This document shows, one piece after another, positions 56,101 through 64,000 of a stretch of 64,000 bases of DNA (its first letter is position 1; each line of letters starts with the position of its first letter). The notes beneath the pieces are model-generated. The model ran no database searches and was not told the origin of the DNA. It worked only from the letters and a program-made list of their open reading frames with translations. The position numbers and the translations under genes are program-made. This DNA is from the human T2T-CHM13v2.0 reference genome, Homo sapiens: assembly GCF_009914755.1 (NCBI RefSeq), contig NC_060929.1. One strand, 5' to 3'.

Positions 56101-56899
56101 GACAGGTTGTGGTGCTGACTGCATGTTGACTACTACACTGAAACATGTCCCTAGGTTTCCAAACCAAAATCCAGAACCCCTTATCTGATTAAGATGTGTC
56201 AGTGATTTACATTATTTGAGCACTCTTGGCATGTTGGAGTTAATTTTAAATTTATTTTCAGGTTAGTTTTATTCGACCTTTGGAATTTACTTGGTATACA
56301 CACACACACATGTGCACACACACACTTATCTTTAAATATGTATTTTCTAAGTCTCATTCATCTCCCTTATGTTAAACTTCATTAGCCCTGGCTTGGCTTG
56401 TGACTATTGATTATATTATTATTTGAAAGAAAATATTTGAAATATTTGCAACTTTCCTGAGATTTTACTTTTTTTAAAAAAAATAGGTATACTATTATGT
56501 GACTAGCATCCAATTAACTGTACCTCAGATATTGTTAGATGGGAGTAAAAAATACCTGTATGTGCTACAATGAGGCTAGGATGATTAAACAGTAAAAACA
56601 AACAAGCAAAAAACAGAAATGCAAAAAATTGATGTAATGTTGACATTGCAAAATAGTGAATAAATGTTTATTCTGTTGGTATTTTTCAAAATAATCCTTT
56701 CTCTTTGTAAATTGGTTTGTTAACTTTTTCTCGGATTAGGAGACAGAGAGGGTAAACAGTTTGTTTAAACATATGGGGTATCCAGACCAACTGTAATTTG
56801 TGTTTTTATATTTGGACATTTGGCACTACATTTCCTTCTGAATTTAATAGGCATTACTGAATCACTTTTCAATCCTGAGTATGGAAGTAGATTATGTTC

Positions 56900-57170
56900 C
56901 AAAAGTTTGTGTTTAAAATTAGCCTGAAAATAGCTGAAATGAAAAAGATGAAAAATACCAAGTGTTGATGAGGATGTAGAAAAACTGGAACTCCCATACC
57001 TTGCTGGTGGGAGTAAATTGGTACAAGCAATTTTGGAAAACTCCTTGGTAGTATCTTCTAAAATGAGCATATATATACCTTAGATGTGAGAGCCTTCATT
57101 CCTAGGTATATATGCCCCCAAAATGCCTACATAAACCCTAAAGAAATACCTAAAGATGTGTACTAATACA
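56900..57170 (+). mobile_element. Old L1M 3' fragment
   Basis: aataccaagtgttgatgaggatgtagaaaaactggaactc...attcctaggtatatatgccc. Confidence 0.7.
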
Positions 57171-57175
57171 GTGAT

Positions 57176-57604
57176 TGTGAAAGGAAAATAAAATTCACTA
57201 TGCAAAGGAAAAAAATAAGCTGAAAGCTGGTTCATGCAAGAAGCTGCAATTCATTTTGCTTCTAAGCAGATAGGTACAGTAAAAGTTAAATATCTCCACA
57301 GGTAGCTACTCTATATTTACCTTATCTTAGCCTCTCCTGGGAGATGAATACATGATTAACTATTCTCCTGTCTCCTCGTTTTCTCTTGTGACATGTGGAT
57401 AATCATACTCTCCCTTACAGCCCACTTTTCCTCCAGCCCTTTCTCCTCCAGCCCACTTTTCCCCTTTAACATTATCTTTGGAGAAAGGCACAGACCACAT
57501 AATGTTTCTATGATTCTGTTTATTTCTTCCAGTCATATCCTTCACGTTGGCAAAAGAAAATTCTAAATTGGTGGAGACCTGTCTCAGATACTTTTTGGTT
57601 TACA
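57176..57604 (+). mobile_element. MER4-type ERV1 solo LTR
   Basis: tgtgaaaggaaaataaa...gagacctgtctcagatactttttggtttaca; TSD tgat/tcat. Confidence 0.8.
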
Positions 57605-58051
57605 TCATCAAAAGTACTGTTCTTGAGAGCAAGGTTTTCCATAGTAAGATTCATAAAGAGAGTTTCTTTCCCCTTTTCCAGGGTCAGGGTTAATTTTAGG
57701 CCAGTTTTGGCCCTCTCTTACCTTCGTGGGTCCTTTTCCCTAGAACCCTGTGTTGCCTCATAGCACGGGCTTGTGCATCTACCCAGGGCCACTTTTCTTT
57801 ACAAAACTCCAACATTATCTGCCACACCACTGTCCCCAAATCAAGCCCCATTTCTTCCAGGACAGCCAGATGTGAGGTGGAGCATGGGGAGGGCAGGGGA
57901 GGCAAATGGATTGAACAGAATCATATGTAGATGTGAATAACTTAACCCCCTAAACCCTCCCTGAGCAATTTACATTTGTGAAAAGGGATGTTTACCAACC
58001 CAGCTGAATTATTATTTGGTGGAAATTGCAAGCAATGGGAACAGGAAGATA

Positions 58052-58314
58052 GTGTCAGTCTAATAACAGAGAGATACTCTCTGAAAGAAAAGATGTTTAT
58101 TTGGGACTGAGCATTGTAATGGAAATACTTATGCCAAAATAAACTATAGTAAACTATGTGCATATTCAGGGAGGTAAAGGAAGACAAAGGTTTTTAAAGG
58201 AAAAAAAATGAGGAGGATTATATAATTGTTTTGAAATAATTATTCTTGACTACAAAGATTAATAATAAGGGTGATGCCAGTTCAAGGTTTAATGGGAAGA
58301 TGCCCTTGCAGAAG

Positions 58315-58372
<58 letters not shown>

Positions 58373-58501
58373 GGTTGTGATGGCCTTTGTGCAAGGTTGT
58401 GGTTTTCGTAGTGTTTTTTGTTATCTGCGTGGCCTTCCCAGCTCTATTTGTCAGGGTTTCCTACCATTAGTGATTACATTTTGGTTCTAACAGATTTCAC
58501 A
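58052..58501 (-). mobile_element. ERV1 LTR (MER34-like), same family as 27917-28347
   Basis: Shares taacagagag..actct..aaagaaaa / aaagacaaaggtttttaaag / tgactacaa blocks. Confidence 0.65.
58321..58370. repeat. (GT)25 microsatellite
   Basis: Perfect GT run read directly from the sequence. Confidence 0.98.
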
Positions 58502-58609
58502 ATGGTCATTTGAAATAAATGAAGCACCAGTTGACATATTGGAGAAATAAACGTAATCATTTTCCCAGATTAAGACATATTTATGTAATCTGAGGCTAAC
58601 TAGAAGGAG

Positions 58610-59060
58610 TGCACTAGTCAATTTTTGATGTGTAACAAACACCCTCAAAAGCTCCGTGGCATACAAGAACAAATCTATCTTTTTATGCTCATGGGTTTAC
58701 AGGTCAGCCGAGACTTGGCTGATCTAGACTGGGGTAAGCTGGACTCCAAGCTTCAGTCAGGTTCAGATTTGTTTCACGCATCTTCATTCTAGGGCTAAGG
58801 CTGAAGTCGCAGCAGCTACCTGGGGCACACACTTCTCATGCTGAGGAACACAAGAGGGCAAGCCGATGTATGCATGCACATTTAAAGCACTTACGTTACA
58901 ATTACCAACAGCCCATTGGCCAAGCCAATGCACATGGCTGAGCCCCAAGTCAAGGGGCAGGATAGTATTCTCACCTACCATGAAGTTTTGGCAGGGGTGG
59001 AAAAGCATAATTTTAATACAGCAAGTCATGATCCAATCTATCAGAAGAGATAGATAGTAA
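58610..59060. mobile_element. MLT1-type MaLR LTR (old)
   Basis: gtaacaaacaccctcaaaa...gcccattggccaagcc..tgcacatggctgagcccaagtcaaggggcagg. Confidence 0.65.
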
Positions 59061-59259
59061 CAAATTTGAGACACACGGTGTTGATGGCAAATGGCTTCCT
59101 GTGTTGGTTGGCTAGTTGGTTGGTTGGCTTTTCCCCTGAAGTCAGGCAGAATTCATATTACAACTTGCATACATAATTTGAGAAATAATAAACATGTAAA
59201 ATTACTTTCAATCATAAACTTGTATTTATTCCTTTGAGGAAGGGAAAAGTACTTATTAA

Positions 59260-59370
<111 letters not shown>

Positions 59371-59589
59371 TAAGTGTGTGAGGAAGGTTTTATCCAAGAA
59401 GAGAGTAAGAGAAAAGTCTGGAAAGAGATTTAGTAAGATAGAAATGACATTGAATAATATGAAACAACGTATAAAAAAGGAAAAGAACAAAGGAGGCTGG
59501 GGTGAGAGTATGTAATTTATTTCACAATTTTGTTTTCCAAGTGGCTATATGAGGAAACTAATCACCATTTAAAATAGACCACAAAATTT

Positions 59590-59985
<396 letters not shown>

Positions 59986-60276
59986 TAACCCAGAGTGGGG
60001 GCTGTCAGAATCCTACTTTCCTAGAGCTCCTCAGGAAAATATAGCACAGTAAAAGCCATCTTTGCACCCACAGCCATGAAATAGGTGATTGGAGCTTTGA
60101 TTTCTTCTGTCAGGGGAAATCTTTTGGTTTTCAACATCACCTCCAGGTTACTTGTGACCAGGAAGAAACATGAAGAACATTGAAGCTCTAAGTGTATTTC
60201 ACATGCTTAATATACTTTGATGCATGCATGCACACACACAAATGTCTATATTTACATATTTTTGTTTCCTTTCTAG

Positions 60277-60849
<573 letters not shown>

Positions 60850-61256
60850 CCAGCATGCCGATTTCATACCTTATGCTACACAGACATTAAGAAGAGCAGA
60901 GCTGGCACCCTGTCATCACCAGTGGCCTTGGTCCTTAATCCCAGTACGATTTGCAGGTCTGGTTTATATAAGACCACTACAGTCTGGCTAGGTTAAAGGC
61001 CAGAGGCTATGGAACTTAACACTCCCCATTGGAGCAAGCTTGCCCTAGAGACGGCAGGATCATGGGAGCATGCTTACCTTCTGCTGTTTGTTCCAGGCTC
61101 ACCTTTAGAACAGGAGACTTGAGCTTGACCTAAGGATATGCATTAACCACTCTACAGACTCCCACTCAGTACTGTACAGGGTGGCTGTGGTCCTAGAAGT
61201 TCAGTTTTTACTGAGGAAATATTTCCATTAACAGCAATTATTATATTGAAGGCTTT

Positions 61257-61262
61257 AATAAA
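61257..61262 (+). terminator. Proximal polyadenylation signal AATAAA
   Basis: AATAAA ~410 nt after the stop codon. Confidence 0.55.
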
Positions 61263-61959
61263 GGCCACAGGAGACATTACTATAGCATAGATTGTCAAAT
61301 GTAAATTTACTGAGCGTGTTTTATAAAAAACTCACAGGTGTTTGAGGCCAAAACAGATTTTAGACTTACCTTGAACGGATAAGAATCTATAGTTCACTGA
61401 CACAGTAAAATTAACTCTGTGGGTGGGGGCGGGGGGCATAGCTCTAATCTAATATATAAAATGTGTGATGAATCAACAAGATTTCCACAATTCTTCTGTC
61501 AAGCTTACTACAGTGAAAGAATGGGATTGGCAAGTAACTTCTGACTTACTGTCAGTTGTACTTCTGCTCCATAGACATCAGTATTCTGCCATCATTTTTG
61601 ATGACTACCTCAGAACATAAAAAGGAACGTATATCACATAATTCCAGTCACAGTTTTTGGTTCCTCTTTTCTTTCAAGAACTATATATAAATGACCTGTT
61701 TTCACTTAGCATCCTTTGGACTCTGCAGTAGGTTGTCTGGGTCAAGATAACTCTCAGTCACATTTATATTCATATTATGCTAAAATAGTAAAATGAAACC
61801 TCATTGTTGGACATAATTTAGATATAACTAAAAAGTTCTATGAAGTGGGAAATTCCGTGTTGGCTCTGGAGCAGCTTTGTCTCCTCTGAACCAATATATC
61901 CCAAACCAATATATGCAAAGCACCTGGTACACAACTGGTATTTTAGTACATGTTGGTTC

Positions 61960-62209
61960 TTTTGGTGCAATCTCAGCTCACTGCAGCTTCCGCCTCCTAG
62001 ATTCAAACAAACAGTTCTCCTGCCCCAGCCTCCAGAGCACCTAGGACTCCAGGTGCATGCTACCACACCTGACTAGTTTTTATATTTTTAGTAGAGATTG
62101 GGTTTTACCATATTGGCCAGGCTGGTCTCAAACTCCTGACCGCAGGTGATCCACCTGCCTCAGCTTCCCCAAGGGCTGGGATTACAGGTGTGAGCCACCA
62201 TGCCCAGCC
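61960..62209 (-). mobile_element. Alu (partial), antisense in 3'UTR
   Basis: ggtgcaatctcagctcactgcagc...gtgagccaccatgcccagcc. Confidence 0.88.
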
Positions 62210-62235
62210 TATTTGTCACATTATTTGTCACATTT

Positions 62236-62540
<305 letters not shown>

Positions 62541-63015
62541 TCACATTTCTAAACAAGCATGAAAGGGGTTCATTTTTGTCTTCTTCTTGCCTGCCGTCAG
62601 CATGGTGGAAATGGCTCTGCCTATGCTCATGCTTCTGGTGCCCAATGCCTTGCACTGTGCCATTCAACACTATGAAGAGAAACAAGTAGCCACACCTCAA
62701 AATAATGTGGCTGTCAACAACTGGCCTAAATAAACCTACACAAACCAGTACTTGCCTTTTGCTGGAAACATTGATTATGTGCTCCTCACGTAGTAGAAAG
62801 CGGTATCCTGATTAGTCTAACAGTTGTGTTAGACTTTAGGGCCAGTATTGTCAGCATTTATTTATTTATGTACCTTTGTTATGATGGGATATTTTTCATT
62901 TGAAACTTGTTCATAAAAATGTCAATGACATTGATGACTGATTTGTACATATTTTTCATATAGTTTTGTTTAAAAAATAATTCACGCAAAATCTTGAAGT
63001 CATTTTTGCTATTGA

Positions 63016-63032
63016 AATAAACCTTAATTAAA
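63016..63032 (+). terminator. Distal polyadenylation signals AATAAA + ATTAAA
   Basis: gaAATAAAccttaATTAAAatatttcatcatcacattgtgtttt. Confidence 0.75.
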
Positions 63033-63124
63033 ATATTTCATCATCACATTGTGTTTTATCTCCCTCAATGAAATGAAAATCTAGTAATTACTCAGTTTAG
63101 ATGATACATCACCTCATGAACTTA

Positions 63125-63262
63125 CTAAATAAAAATGTAAATTCCTGGGTATGACTACAAACCTCTTAATCAGAATCTTTGGGGCATGGACCTGGAATCT
63201 ATTTTTTATCATCAGTTCCCAGGCATTCATCTACACACTAAACTTTGAGAATCACTCGCCTA
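63125..63262. mobile_element. MER5-like DNA transposon
   Basis: aaaatgtaaattcctggg...aatcagaatct...ctaaactttgagaatcact. Confidence 0.55.
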
Positions 63263-64000
63263 AATCAAATGAAGTCTTTCTGAAATATAACAACATGCCA
63301 ATAGGAAATGCTGGGCTCTGTAACATTTGTCTTCATAGTATCACTATGACCTGTAGTCTTGGCTGTAAACATTTCGTCTCCAATGGTCATAACCAAATAA
63401 ATTCACGTTCAAAACCTTAGTTTTCAATACTATATGCCATCTTAACATGGCTTTAGGAAGTGCTATTCAGAAACTTTGAAATAATACATATTCATGTGTC
63501 AGGAAAATAATAATGGACAATTTCAAATAAATATATACACAAAAGTAGAATAGTTTAATAAACCACTATGTATCATCACTAGCCCCAATGGTCACTACCC
63601 ATGACTGTTTCAGCTCCATCCACACCCCTGTTCGCTTTCTCCTCACATTGTTTTGAAGCAAATCATGATATCATGATTTCATGTCAATATCTGAGTTCTC
63701 TAAATAAGCTCTACTTTTTCTAATAGTCATAATATTGTTAAAATTGCACCTAAAATCACAGTAATAATTCCTTAAAAAAAATCAATCAGGATATTTGGGT
63801 GGTGGATGGATGGGACTGGCATATATGGCCTTTACATCCTGCGTCAGCCTGTGCACGGTCCTCACCTGTGTGTGGGGGAACTCGACAATTCAAGATGGGA
63901 GTTGGGACCTCTTCACACAACAGTACGACTGCTGAAACGCTTCCTACATTCAAACACCTAACCCATACTAATTAGGGTCAACCTTGTTACCTACTAGAAT

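Overview
This is primate (very likely human) genomic DNA carrying most of OSMR, the oncostatin-M receptor beta / IL-31 receptor subunit, on the + strand. I traced 16 coding exons (conventional exons 3-18) with GT-AG boundaries. Their lengths and phases join into one open frame from ...[10 protein letters not shown] to ...LDPGEHYC* (stop 60847-60849), followed by a ~2.2 kb 3'UTR. The promoter, start codon and signal peptide lie upstream of the window. The rest is intron, densely filled with Alu, MIR, L1 (one near-full-length copy, one tail-to-tail pair), a full THE1 MaLR, a class III ERV remnant with a tRNA-Ser primer site, solo LTRs and MER elements. No convincing wholly new gene or system is visible. 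The best second-look items are: (1) a ~600 bp foreign block captured inside an L1 that contains a cryptic 53-nt exon; (2) several intron read-through plus polyA cassettes that could make secreted receptor fragments, one of them the known soluble OSMR; (3) an 18-bp copy of flanking DNA inserted into the THE1; (4) unusual splice acceptors. Repeat subfamily names come from recall of consensus sequences, and repeat boundaries are approximate.
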